Shown here: positions 30,006-38,710 of the stretch, one piece after another
Layout of the letters: each line of letters opens with the position of its first letter
Position numbering within the stretch: position 1 is the stretch's first letter
Source of the DNA: Flavobacteriales bacterium
GTDB lineage: Bacteria > Bacteroidota > Bacteroidia > Flavobacteriales_F > PHOS-HE28
NCBI GenBank assembly: GCA_046306055.1
Contig: JBKDXR010000058.1
Location: 110,792 to 174,791, forward strand
DNA length: 64,000 nt
Direction: 5' to 3'
Notes under the pieces: generated by a model
What the model was told of the DNA's origin: nothing
The model's database searches: none
Seen by the model: the letters and a program-made list of their open reading frames with translations, nothing else
Program-made: the position numbers and the translations under genes

Positions 30006-30425
30006 TCATTCGTCCCACTCCAGCCCTTCGTACACCATGGCCTTGTCAAGGCGGTACATGGCACCGGTCGCGGGGTCCACGATCAACATGCCGATGAACG
30101 CGGCCCCGCCGAACAGGACATTTCCCCAATACCATCCGTTCACTCGGGCGTGTAACACAGCTGATGCTGGCTTCCGGCCTTCAAGGACCAGATCGACACG
30201 GTAAATGCCGCGCTTGAAGTAGCCATTGGCCGCTTTCAGTTCCACCAAGGCAGGTGTGATACCCTCCTTGACCACCTTTCCCTTGCGGTCCGTGATGCGG
30301 TAGGTCGCGCCGGAGGGCTCCGTTCGGATGGGCACCGTGTAGCGCGTGCTCGACACAATGGTGGCGCAGGAGGGGAGCAACAGTGCAATGGCCAGCAGGT
30401 GGGTCGAATACCGACGAAAGCGCAT
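30006..30425 (-). CDS. Hypothetical lipoprotein
   Basis: Lipobox LLLPSCAT; 139 aa. Confidence 0.45.
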   Translation of the reverse strand: MRFRRYSTHLLAIALLLPSCATIVSSTRYTVPIRTEPSGATYRITDRKGKVVKEGITPALVELKAANGYFKRGIYRVDLVLEGRKPASAVLHARVNGWYWGNVLFGGAAFIGMLIVDPATGAMYRLDKAMVYEGLEWDE

Positions 30426-30497
30426 GCGTCGAAGTTATCCAGCGCGGCCGCATCGAGCAGGTCAACGGCATCGAACGGCGAACGTTGTGCGCCGGGA

Positions 30498-31925
30498 TCA
30501 GAAGTACAGCTGTACCACGAATACCGCCGTGATCACGCACACCAGGTCGGCCAGCAGCATGATGGCCAGCGTGTAGCGGCTGTCCTTCACGTTCACGCTG
30601 CCAAAGTAGAGCGCCACCACGTAGAAGGTGGTCTCGGCCGCACCCTGGAACAGGCAGCTCAACTGGCCGGTGATGCTGTCGGGACCATAGGTCTTCATGG
30701 CATCGAGCATGAATCCGCGTGAGCCGCCGGCGCTGAACGGACGCATCAAGGCGACAGGGATGGCATCGATCACTTCCTTGCTCACGCCCACCTGCGCCAT
30801 TGCCCAGCTCAGGCCGTCCATCACAATGCCCATCAGCCCGCTGTTGCGGAAAATGCTCAAGGCCGCCAGCATGGCCAGCATGTAGGGCAGCACGCGCAGT
30901 CCGGTAGTGAAGCCGTCCTTGGCCCCATGCACGAAGCTGTCGAACAGGTTGGTGCCCTTGGCCGTGAAGTATTTCTCCACCAGGAAGGCATAGCCCACGA
31001 TCAGCCCGATGATGGTGAGCAGCATGCCGTTGCTCAGGTTATCGGTGAAGTGGAACTTGGCCACGCCCGTAAGCCCGCCGATGTAGGCCATCAGCCCGCC
31101 GATCACGCCACTGATGCCCAGCACGGTGAGCATCACCGGCCAGTTGAAGAGGTTGATGCGCTGCTTGCCCGCCACCATGAACAGCGCCGCGAGCGTACCC
31201 GCGAAGCTGGTGATGATGGTGGGGATCATGATGTCCGCCGGATTGGCCGCCCCCTGTGCCGCACGGTAACCGATGATGCTGGTGGGCAGCAGGGTAAGGC
31301 CCGCGGCATGCAGGCACAGGAACATGATCTGGCTGTTGGTGGCGCGGTCCTTCTGCGGATTGTCCTCCTGCATGCTCTCCATGGCCTTCAGGCCGAAGGG
31401 CGTGGCCGCACTATCCAGGCCCAGGAAGTTGGCCGCGAAGTTCAGCGTCATGAAGCCGTAGGCCGGGTGGTCCTTCCGCAGTTCGGGGAACACGCGGTGG
31501 AAGACCGGTGATAGCACCCGTGCCACCTTTTCCATGGCCCGGGAGTCGATCAGCAGGTTCAGCAGGCCGCAGAAGAAGGTGAGGTAGCCGATCAGCGGCA
31601 GCCACAGGTCGGTGATGGTGTTGCGGCAGGTGGCGAAGAGGCCGTCCGCAGGCTGTTTGCCCACCGTGGTCCTCACCACTCCGGTGTTGGTCAAGGTGTA
31701 CAGCGTGTCGCCGCGTTGTATGCCCGCTTCACCGGCCACGCGGAGATCGCTCAGGAACAAGGTGCCTTGGTACGCCGCACTATCGCGCTCGGCCACCACC
31801 AAGGCCTCGCCCTGTTTGCCATTCACCAACATGCCCAGGGAATACTGCCGCCCGGTGCCCAGCATCACCAGCACGTAGCCGATGCTGAGTATCAGCATGA
31901 AGGTCCAGAACCGACTGAGGGCCAT
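30498..31925 (-). CDS. Nucleoside-recognition (Gate) domain membrane protein, SpmA/SpmB-like fusion
   Basis: 475 aa. Two Gate/nucleoside-transporter-like halves, 10-12 TM helices. Confidence 0.65.
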   Translation of the reverse strand: MALSRFWTFMLILSIGYVLVMLGTGRQYSLGMLVNGKQGEALVVAERDSAAYQGTLFLSDLRVAGEAGIQRGDTLYTLTNTGVVRTTVGKQPADGLFATCRNTITDLWLPLIGYLTFFCGLLNLLIDSRAMEKVARVLSPVFHRVFPELRKDHPAYGFMTLNFAANFLGLDSAATPFGLKAMESMQEDNPQKDRATNSQIMFLCLHAAGLTLLPTSIIGYRAAQGAANPADIMIPTIITSFAGTLAALFMVAGKQRINLFNWPVMLTVLGISGVIGGLMAYIGGLTGVAKFHFTDNLSNGMLLTIIGLIVGYAFLVEKYFTAKGTNLFDSFVHGAKDGFTTGLRVLPYMLAMLAALSIFRNSGLMGIVMDGLSWAMAQVGVSKEVIDAIPVALMRPFSAGGSRGFMLDAMKTYGPDSITGQLSCLFQGAAETTFYVVALYFGSVNVKDSRYTLAIMLLADLVCVITAVFVVQLYF

Positions 31926-32018
31926 GGGCGCAAAGAAGGGGAGTGGTTCCCGCCTTTTCCCTTGCTCGCTTCGTTCTTGGTGAACAGGTGGCTGTGGACG
32001 AACCGTTCCGCGACATGC

Positions 32019-32120
32019 TCAGCGCAGCGTATCGAGGTCGCGTCCCATCAACCAGTCGCGCATCATCGCCACATCCAGCAAGCTCCCGACAATGCGGTAG
32101 TGCGGATTCGCCAGTGGGTC
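32019..32120 (-). pseudogene. Relic copy of the 3' end (~30 codons) of the DUF1287 gene
   Basis: Reads ...EGFIAGNDPLANPHYRIVGSLLDVAMMRDWLMGRDLDTLR* versus the parent C-terminus ...PLEGNNPLANSHYRIVGSLLDVAMMRDWITGRDLSDPR*. There is a 53-nt identical core (~32052-32104 vs ~33010-33062). Confidence 0.55.
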
Positions 32121-32252
32121 GTTGCCCGCGATGAAGCCTTCAAGGTCATAACATCTGCGAGCCAAGCTGTTGCGGTAAACGGGCTTTCCAGCGCGCGCGG
32201 TTGGTGTTGAAGCAGGCGGTGTGGTCGATGATGATGCGGTTGAGTGTGTTTC

Positions 32253-32990
32253 TCACCGCTTGGCATACAACTCTTGGAACACATCGATGTCCGGGCCATG
32301 AAGCCAGGCGCTTTCGGTCACAAGCTCATGGACCCTGGCCTCGGGTATCGGATGCAAGCCGAAACGCAGGGCGGTATCAACAGCTTTGTCAAGTCTCCGG
32401 TTGATCCGCTTGCAGGATATGAATGGGGTGAATGGTGTGTGATGTATCACCGAGGATGCCTCAACGCGCAGAAGGGTCATGCGTCCTGAGAAGAAGCCCG
32501 GTGCAAGTTCTTCGTTGATGCGGTCGAGTAACCTGGTGTCGAGCTTGTCGTGGTGGTCCTTTGGGGGCTCGAAATAGACCATTATGGTGAGTTCACGATC
32601 GCGACGATGCAGGCGTGATTCCGGATTCACGAAGATGCGCGCGAAGTAGCCCCTGTGCTCGCCCCTGAGTCCGTGATAATCACCGATGCGCTCCTCTGTG
32701 AAGCCTTGGGCCAACAGGCATTTCAGCCTGCGGTCGATAGCTATCCCGCGATGCAGACGTCTGGACCAAAGCTCATCGATGCTCAAGTAGATGAACAGCA
32801 AAAGGCCACCGATCGGGGGGATGGGCCAGTAGTAGCCCCAGTGAACCTCCAGCGTGAAGTGGGCAAGGGCAGCGAAGATCCCGGCCACGCTGAATGCAAC
32901 GATAGCGTTCTGAGAATGGTTGAGCCGGGAGAGGTCGTTGTGCGGCATGGCTGCAAGGTTAGCCATGGGAACCGCTTTAGCGTGGATCAC
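32253..32990 (-). CDS. Hypothetical membrane protein
   Basis: Two TM helices near the N-terminus; no domain recognised. Confidence 0.4.
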   Translation of the reverse strand: MIHAKAVPMANLAAMPHNDLSRLNHSQNAIVAFSVAGIFAALAHFTLEVHWGYYWPIPPIGGLLLFIYLSIDELWSRRLHRGIAIDRRLKCLLAQGFTEERIGDYHGLRGEHRGYFARIFVNPESRLHRRDRELTIMVYFEPPKDHHDKLDTRLLDRINEELAPGFFSGRMTLLRVEASSVIHHTPFTPFISCKRINRRLDKAVDTALRFGLHPIPEARVHELVTESAWLHGPDIDVFQELYAKR

Positions 32991-33690
32991 TCAGATCACG
33001 CCCCGTGATCCAGTCGCGCATCATCGCCACATCCAGCAAGCTCCCGACAATGCGGTAGTGCGAATTCGCCAGTGGATTATTGCCTTCCAGCGGCTCGCTC
33101 ATCACGCCCACCTCGGGGTGGTAGTAGCTGCTGTGTACGAAGCGCGCCACCCCGCCGCGCACCACGATGAAGCCCACGTGGTTGTCCAGCCCTACTTTGT
33201 AAAGGCCATCACCGCGGGACCGAAGCCAGGTCTCCAGTTCGCTCACGGGCCGGTCGCGGTAGCGCTTCACGGTGCCCGCCAGTTTCAGCGTGATGGGTTC
33301 CGCCGCCTCCTGCGACCATTTGATGCGAGGCAGCCGGAAGCCAGCGTCCAGTAGCACGGTGTTCACGAAGTAGCCGCACGCGATCTTGCCCTGTCCCGGC
33401 ACCCGTGTTATGCCGTTGAAGTCCCACGGTGTGCCATACCACGCAGGCAGCAGGTCCTGCGTAATGCGGTCGAAGAGATAGGCCTTGGCACTGTCCAGAA
33501 TGATCCGCTGCCCAACGCTGTCCGCGTTCTGGTAGCTGCGCTGAAAGGCCAGGCGGCGTTCCTCCATGCCTTGTTTGGTGGCGGAGTAGCTCGTGTTCGG
33601 TGTGCTGGGGATCAGCAGGGGTAAGGCGGTAAGCAGGGTGGTGAGCATGGGCTGTGGATCGGTGTTCCCTTTAATGTCCGATCGCATCAT
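32977..33690 (-). CDS. DUF1287 family secreted protein
   Basis: Signal peptide. YFVNTVLLDAGF...HVGFIVV...HSSYY pattern of DUF1287. The C-terminal ~30 codons are duplicated at ~32019-32120. Confidence 0.55.
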   Translation of the reverse strand: MMRSDIKGNTDPQPMLTTLLTALPLLIPSTPNTSYSATKQGMEERRLAFQRSYQNADSVGQRIILDSAKAYLFDRITQDLLPAWYGTPWDFNGITRVPGQGKIACGYFVNTVLLDAGFRLPRIKWSQEAAEPITLKLAGTVKRYRDRPVSELETWLRSRGDGLYKVGLDNHVGFIVVRGGVARFVHSSYYHPEVGVMSEPLEGNNPLANSHYRIVGSLLDVAMMRDWITGRDLSDPR

Positions 33691-33767
33691 TCGTAACGGT
33701 CGATGGTTTTCGTCAGCTTTTTCACAGGCATGTCATGCTAGCTTGCCTCACCAAATACCCAAATGTC

Positions 33768-34670
33768 ATGACACGTATTGCGTCCTACATGCTCGCCGTA
33801 GTGCTGCTCTCGCTGTTCGGCACCTCCTGCGTTTCCAAGAAGAAGTACCTGTCCATCCAGGCATCGAACGAAACACTGCATAGCAAGCTGGATGCATGCA
33901 ACCGGGACCTGGAGGCCTGCCGGGGCGAAAGGTCCGTTCAGGATGCCCGCATCGCCGGGTTGGAGAATGCCAACCAGCACCTGAAGGAGCAGGTGAACGA
34001 CCTGAACAATACCAATGCCGCCCTGCTGAACAACGTAGGGCAGATGGCCACCTTGTCCAAGCAGGAGGCCATCAACCTGGAGAAGTCGCTGGAGCAGATC
34101 CGCGAGCAGGACCTGCGCATCCGCACGCTGCACGATGCGCTCAGCAAAAAGGACTCGGTGACGCTTGCGCTGGTGGTGAGCCTCAAGAGCTCGCTCGGCA
34201 ACCTCAACGATACCGATGTGGTGGTTAACGTGGAAAAGAGCGTGGTCTTCATCTCGCTTAGCGACAAGATGCTCTTCCGGAGCGGCAGCACGGAGCTTTC
34301 TCCCCGTGCCCGCGAGGTGCTCGCCAAGGTGGCCTCCGTGCTCAACGACAAGCCGGAGATGGAGGTGCTGGTGGAAGGCCACACGGACAATGTGCCCATC
34401 AAGCGCGATTGCTTCAAGGACAACTGGGACCTCAGCGCATCGCGCGCCACGGCCATCACGCGTGTACTGCAGAACGACTATAAGGTGGATCCCGCGCGCA
34501 TAACGGCCGGTGGCCGAAGTGAGTACGTGCCATTGGCCACGAACGATACGCCCGAAGGCCGTTCCACCAACCGCCGCATCCGCATCGTGATCCTGCCCAA
34601 GCTGGACCAGTTCTTCGGCATGATCGAGGAAGGGTTGAAGATGGCCGGCGAGGACAACGGCGGCAAATAG
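33768..34670 (+). CDS. OmpA-family lipoprotein with N-terminal coiled-coil
   Basis: Lipobox SLFGTSCVS, a long coiled-coil, and a C-terminal OmpA_C domain (VEGHTDNVPIK...NWDLSASRATAITRVL). Confidence 0.8.
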   Translation: MTRIASYMLAVVLLSLFGTSCVSKKKYLSIQASNETLHSKLDACNRDLEACRGERSVQDARIAGLENANQHLKEQVNDLNNTNAALLNNVGQMATLSKQEAINLEKSLEQIREQDLRIRTLHDALSKKDSVTLALVVSLKSSLGNLNDTDVVVNVEKSVVFISLSDKMLFRSGSTELSPRAREVLAKVASVLNDKPEMEVLVEGHTDNVPIKRDCFKDNWDLSASRATAITRVLQNDYKVDPARITAGGRSEYVPLATNDTPEGRSTNRRIRIVILPKLDQFFGMIEEGLKMAGEDNGGK

Positions 34671-34695
34671 TCCATCAGGTCGTAGTGTATTCGGG

Positions 34696-34717
34696 GGACC
34701 CGGCGTAATGCCGGGTC
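34696..34717. repeat. Palindromic repeat GGACCCGGCGTAATGCCGGGTC (copy 1). It forms a hairpin 25 nt after the OmpA-family gene stop and probably acts as a terminator
   Basis: 8-bp perfect stem GACCCGGC/GCCGGGTC with loop GTAAT. Second copy at 35719..35741. Confidence 0.55.
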
Positions 34718-34869
34718 TCTCCATTTCAGGCCGTGCCGGAGCTTCGCTCGGTCAGCATTATTCGACGTTCTCCTGGTCAGACCTGATAAATGTCATACCG
34801 GACGGATCGCGTTATTCGTTAACTTTCAATGTCCAACAGATCAGCACGACCCTAACACCTACCATAACC

Positions 34870-35640
34870 ATGAAAAACTGGCTAACGATCAGTGCCTTGG
34901 TGCTGTGCCTCCCGGCCGCAAAAGCCCAAGAGGCGGCCGCAGTGGTCAGCGAGATCTTCGCTCCACGTTACATGCTGAAGACCAACGTGGTCAGCTATGC
35001 GTGGCTTTCGATCAATGCGAACTACGAGCAGAAGGTGGGTCCCAAGATCACCGTGGGCCTGCTCGGCGGGTACAAGCTGCCCACGGTCGTCCATGTGGAT
35101 GCCATTGCCAACATCGATGGAGAGAACCAGACCTATACGGGCGACATCGAGCCTGAAGGGTTCTACCTCAACCCTTATTTCCGGTTCTATCCCAAGCAGG
35201 CGTTCAAGGGCTTTTACGTGGAGGCCTTTCTGCGTTACTTCGACTATACCTACCTGGTGCCCTATGACTATGAGAAGAACGGGGGCACCATCCGCGCCAA
35301 CCTCGACGGTACGGCCTCGGCCATGGGCGGTGGCTTGGGAGTTGGCGTGCAGTTCGAACTGGGGCCCCGTGTTTACCTCGACCTAAATGCAGGCTACGGT
35401 ATGGCCATGGGCGATGCATACATCCGCACCAGCGACCCCAACCTCGAGCCGGAGGACTATGTCATCATCAAGGAGAACATCGAGAAGTACGAGGACGATG
35501 CCGATGTGCAGGTCTTCATCCTTGGCGATGTGCTGACCGACCCCGAAGCGTATGCCTATGAGGATTACGCAGAGGCCTATTTCCGTAACAAGGTGTTCCC
35601 CATCGTGCGTGGTGGGATCACCATCGGTTTCGCGTTCTGA
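34870..35640 (+). CDS. DUF3575 outer-membrane beta-barrel protein
   Basis: Signal peptide MKNWLTISALVLCLPAAKAQ. Alternating amphipathic beta-strands, C-terminal GGITIGFAF. Confidence 0.6.
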   Translation: MKNWLTISALVLCLPAAKAQEAAAVVSEIFAPRYMLKTNVVSYAWLSINANYEQKVGPKITVGLLGGYKLPTVVHVDAIANIDGENQTYTGDIEPEGFYLNPYFRFYPKQAFKGFYVEAFLRYFDYTYLVPYDYEKNGGTIRANLDGTASAMGGGLGVGVQFELGPRVYLDLNAGYGMAMGDAYIRTSDPNLEPEDYVIIKENIEKYEDDADVQVFILGDVLTDPEAYAYEDYAEAYFRNKVFPIVRGGITIGFAF

Positions 35641-35709
35641 CCTACCGGCATCGTCTTCGACCAGGGTTGGGCCGCTCTTGAGCGGATGACCATCCAGTAC
35701 AATGAAACA

Positions 35710-36423
35710 TCACGGTGTGGACCCGGCGCAATGCCGGGTCCATGCGTTCCGGGCCTCTTCGTGGCGCTGGATGGCCGCTTGCTCCAGGTCGCTGCAGCCC
35801 TCTGCATTGCGCCCATGGCGCAGCAGCAGGATGCCCCGTTCGTAAAGGCAGTTGCCCACCTCGAAGCCCTGTTCAATACAGACGCTTAGCCAGTCGTAGG
35901 CTTTCACCGTGCTGTCCAGTTCCAGATAGCTCAGGGCGAACGCATACCCAACGTGCTTGTAGGGGACATCGAACTCGGGTGGTTCAATTCCCATGCCTGC
36001 GTTGCCGGTCATCTCCATGAACACGTGCGCGTTGCCGGGGGCGTTCTCGTCCCACCCAGGGCTCTTCAAGCGCATTAAGGTCTCCAGGTCGTTCACGGCC
36101 CCCGCGTGGTCGCCCAGCCGCCCCTTGGCCAGGGCCCGGTTGAACAAGGCGGTCTGGTTCTCCGGGTCCAAGGCCAGTACCGTATCATCATCTGCACGGG
36201 CTCCCGCATGGTCGCCCAAGTGGGAGCGGAGCACCCCGCGCTCAATGCGTGCCCACAAGTGCTTTCCGTCCTTGCGCACTGCTTCGTTCAGGTGGAACAA
36301 GGCCGAGTCGCTCTGTCCCGCCGCCTCCAGCTCACTGGCGATGCGCAGGTGGTCATCCGTCGTGCGCACCTGGCAACCCCACCAGACCAGCGCGAGCAGT
36401 GTGATGGCCCATGTGTGCCTCAT
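35710..36423 (-). CDS. TPR-repeat secreted protein
   Basis: Signal peptide; four or five TPR units. The last 8 codons are supplied by a palindromic repeat element (see repeat 35719..35741). Confidence 0.7.
   Translation of the reverse strand: MRHTWAITLLALVWWGCQVRTTDDHLRIASELEAAGQSDSALFHLNEAVRKDGKHLWARIERGVLRSHLGDHAGARADDDTVLALDPENQTALFNRALAKGRLGDHAGAVNDLETLMRLKSPGWDENAPGNAHVFMEMTGNAGMGIEPPEFDVPYKHVGYAFALSYLELDSTVKAYDWLSVCIEQGFEVGNCLYERGILLLRHGRNAEGCSDLEQAAIQRHEEARNAWTRHCAGSTP
35719..35741. repeat. Palindromic repeat GGACCCGGCGCAATGCCGGGTCC (copy 2). It is embedded in, and supplies, the last 8 codons of the TPR gene 35710..36423
   Basis: Same stem as copy 1. One loop substitution. Confidence 0.55.
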
Positions 36424-37232
36424 GGCAGACCGATCTCCGGCTTCGTCGCCACCAGCCCGTACACCATGGGCAGTTTGCCTTCCATGCCCTTTATCCGGTA
36501 CAGCCCGTCCGGGCCCTGAACCGTGTTCGCGAAGGAGTCGTGCGGCGAGCTGTCCAGTTCCGTGAACCGGTCAATGCGCAATCCCGCCTCCAGCAGGACC
36601 GTCAGCACTTCGCCCAAGCCGTGGTTCCAGCCGTAGGAGGTGAGCCGGATCGGCGCGTTGCGGTCCGCGTAGGTGCCTTGTTCCTCTTCCACAATGGTCT
36701 CCCGGTTGAAGTAGGAGTAGGCCACATGCGTGAAGTCGTTGTCGAACATCCACACTGCCGGGTGGAACTCCACGAACACCAGGCTTCCGCCCGGCCGCAG
36801 ATAGCGCGCGATGTTCGCTGCCCACGGACGCAGGTCGGGTAACCACCCGATGGTGCCGTAGCTGGTGAATACGATGTCCGATCCTCCGTCCAGTTCCGGG
36901 CGATGGTCCACCACGTTGCTTTCCACCCACTGTGCCGTGATCCCGCAGCGTTCGGCCAGCTTGCGGGCCTCGGCCAATGCAGCGTCCGAAATGTCCAGAC
37001 CGGTCACTCGGGCGCCCATGCGTGCCAGGCTCAGCGTGTCCTGTCCGAAGTGGCATTGCAGGTGCAGGATGTCCTTTCCGGTCACATCGCCCAGCAGTTC
37101 CCGTTCGATCGCCGTCAGGGAGCTGCGCCCCGCCACGAAACCCTCCACATCGTACATCCGTGAGGTGAGGTGATGCGGCACCCGGGCGTTCCAGAGGGCC
37201 CGGTTGGCGGCGAATTGGTCATGGTAGGACAT
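36420..37232 (-). CDS. Class I SAM-dependent methyltransferase
   Basis: DILHLQCHFGQDTLSLARMGARVTGLDIS (motif I) and LRPGGSLVFVEFHP. Confidence 0.75.
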   Translation of the reverse strand: MSYHDQFAANRALWNARVPHHLTSRMYDVEGFVAGRSSLTAIERELLGDVTGKDILHLQCHFGQDTLSLARMGARVTGLDISDAALAEARKLAERCGITAQWVESNVVDHRPELDGGSDIVFTSYGTIGWLPDLRPWAANIARYLRPGGSLVFVEFHPAVWMFDNDFTHVAYSYFNRETIVEEEQGTYADRNAPIRLTSYGWNHGLGEVLTVLLEAGLRIDRFTELDSSPHDSFANTVQGPDGLYRIKGMEGKLPMVYGLVATKPEIGLP

Positions 37233-37306
37233 GGAGCGAAGCTAATGGCACACACCGTTCACCCCTCGAGCGCAATGGAGCGTACGCCACCGTTCATCTT
37301 TGTTCC

Positions 37307-38134
37307 ATGAAGCCCGTGCCCGCCCTGTTCGCTGTTCTTCTGGTGGCCTGTTCCGAGACGCCTGCACCCGAGCAGGCGCTGGTCCCTGCAGCTGGCCACA
37401 CCTTGCGCGATGACCTGGCCCACCTCTTCGCCGACCGCCAGTTGCAAGGCTCCTTTATCGGCTACGACGCCCAGCAGGAGCACTGGTCCTTCATCGACAG
37501 TGCCAGCTGCGATGTGGCCACTCTTCCGGCCAGTACCTTCAAGATCATCGGCAGCCTCCTCGGGCTGGAGAGCGGCGTATTGCCCGATACCGGCCACGTG
37601 ATCAAGTGGGATGGGCAGGACTACGGCCGCGCTGCCGCCAACCGCGACCTCAGCTTGCGCCAGGCCTACGATGTGAGCGCCTACTGGTACTTCCGCGATG
37701 TGGTGCGCCGTATCGGTCCGGCAGGCTTCAAGCAATGGCTCGATACCGTGGGCTATGGCAATGCCGACACCACCGGCGGTTTCGACCAGTGCTGGGTACG
37801 GGGAGGGCTGCGCATCACCCCGCGCCAGCAGATCGAATTCCTGCGCAAGCTTCACGCCGAGGAACTGCCCTTCAGTGCCCGCACCTTCGCCCTCACTAAG
37901 GACATCATGGTGCGCGAGGACACCCTTGGTCACGTGTTGCGCGCCAAGACCGGTTGGGCCCAGGGCGATGAAGGAAGCATCGGCTGGTACGTGGGCTGGG
38001 CCGAAGCGCCGGGCCGGGCGCCCTACTTCTTCGCCACCCGCATTTCCACCAGCGATACCGCCCACGCCTCCTTTGGCAACGATCGCATCGCCATCACCAG
38101 GTCGGTGCTGCGCGAAGCGGGGGTGTGGCCTTAG
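37307..38134 (+). CDS. Class D (OXA-type) beta-lactamase
   Basis: Signal peptide. Active-site S-T-F-K (LPASTFKIIGSL), S-x-V (DVSAYW), Y-G-N (TVGYGNADT) and K-T-G (LRAKTGWAQG) elements in canonical order and spacing. Confidence 0.85.
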   Translation: MKPVPALFAVLLVACSETPAPEQALVPAAGHTLRDDLAHLFADRQLQGSFIGYDAQQEHWSFIDSASCDVATLPASTFKIIGSLLGLESGVLPDTGHVIKWDGQDYGRAAANRDLSLRQAYDVSAYWYFRDVVRRIGPAGFKQWLDTVGYGNADTTGGFDQCWVRGGLRITPRQQIEFLRKLHAEELPFSARTFALTKDIMVREDTLGHVLRAKTGWAQGDEGSIGWYVGWAEAPGRAPYFFATRISTSDTAHASFGNDRIAITRSVLREAGVWP

Positions 38135-38296
38135 AGCCTGTTTGGGATCTCCGCATTTGGCTCCGCTATGGTCTTTGGCGACCATACTTCGTTGCGGAAG
38201 CCGTCACGTAGCTTCGGCTATGCTCCGGTTCCGCGCCTCGTCTGGTCGCCAGATCCTCATCGCTCGCTTCAAAAGGAGAGATCCCAAACAGGCTCT
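38133..38296. mobile_element. MITE-like element: 19-bp perfect terminal inverted repeats (AGAGCCTGTTTGGGATCTC) flanking a ~125-nt structured core
   Basis: The left arm starts 1 nt inside the bla stop codon (38133-38151). The right arm is at 38278-38296 and is the exact reverse complement; the match extends to ~24 bp with 2 mismatches. The core contains nested palindromes (GGCGACCA/TGGTCGCC; GCGGAAGCCG/CGGTTCCGC). Confidence 0.35.
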
Positions 38297-38710
38297 TAGG
38301 AGATGCCCGGCGTCTTAAACTTCCGCAACAGGTCCAGGAAACCCAGCACCACCAACGCCACGGCGGCGCCAAGGAGCGTATCGTACAGCCTGCCGCTCAT
38401 GGTGCTCGCAGATTCCGGCTCCTGGCCGAAGGTGGCCAGCGTCTGGGCCCATGGGCGTTCCGATGGCCAATGCCGCTCGCAGTCCGGCACCCCAGCGCCA
38501 TTCACCTTGTTGCAGGCGCATGGCGTGGTGTACCGTGCGTCGGGTGCGGGGTATGCGCAAGCGGGGTCGCATGGGGGCGCGAAGTTGGGGTGCGTGGCCG
38601 CTTGGGTCCGTCGATCATCGCCCCCGTTCGGACGATAAGGGCGGCCTTACTGCCGAAGTTCACGAACAACGCCACCCGGCCCCCGTAACCACCACCAAAC
38701 CCCTGCACCC

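Noticed and set aside
32063-32404. ORFs 32063..32299(-) and 32201..32404(+) in the spacer after the nucleoside-transporter-like gene.
   Set aside because: They are out of frame relative to the DUF1287 3' relic that actually explains the sequence similarity here, and have no protein-like features.
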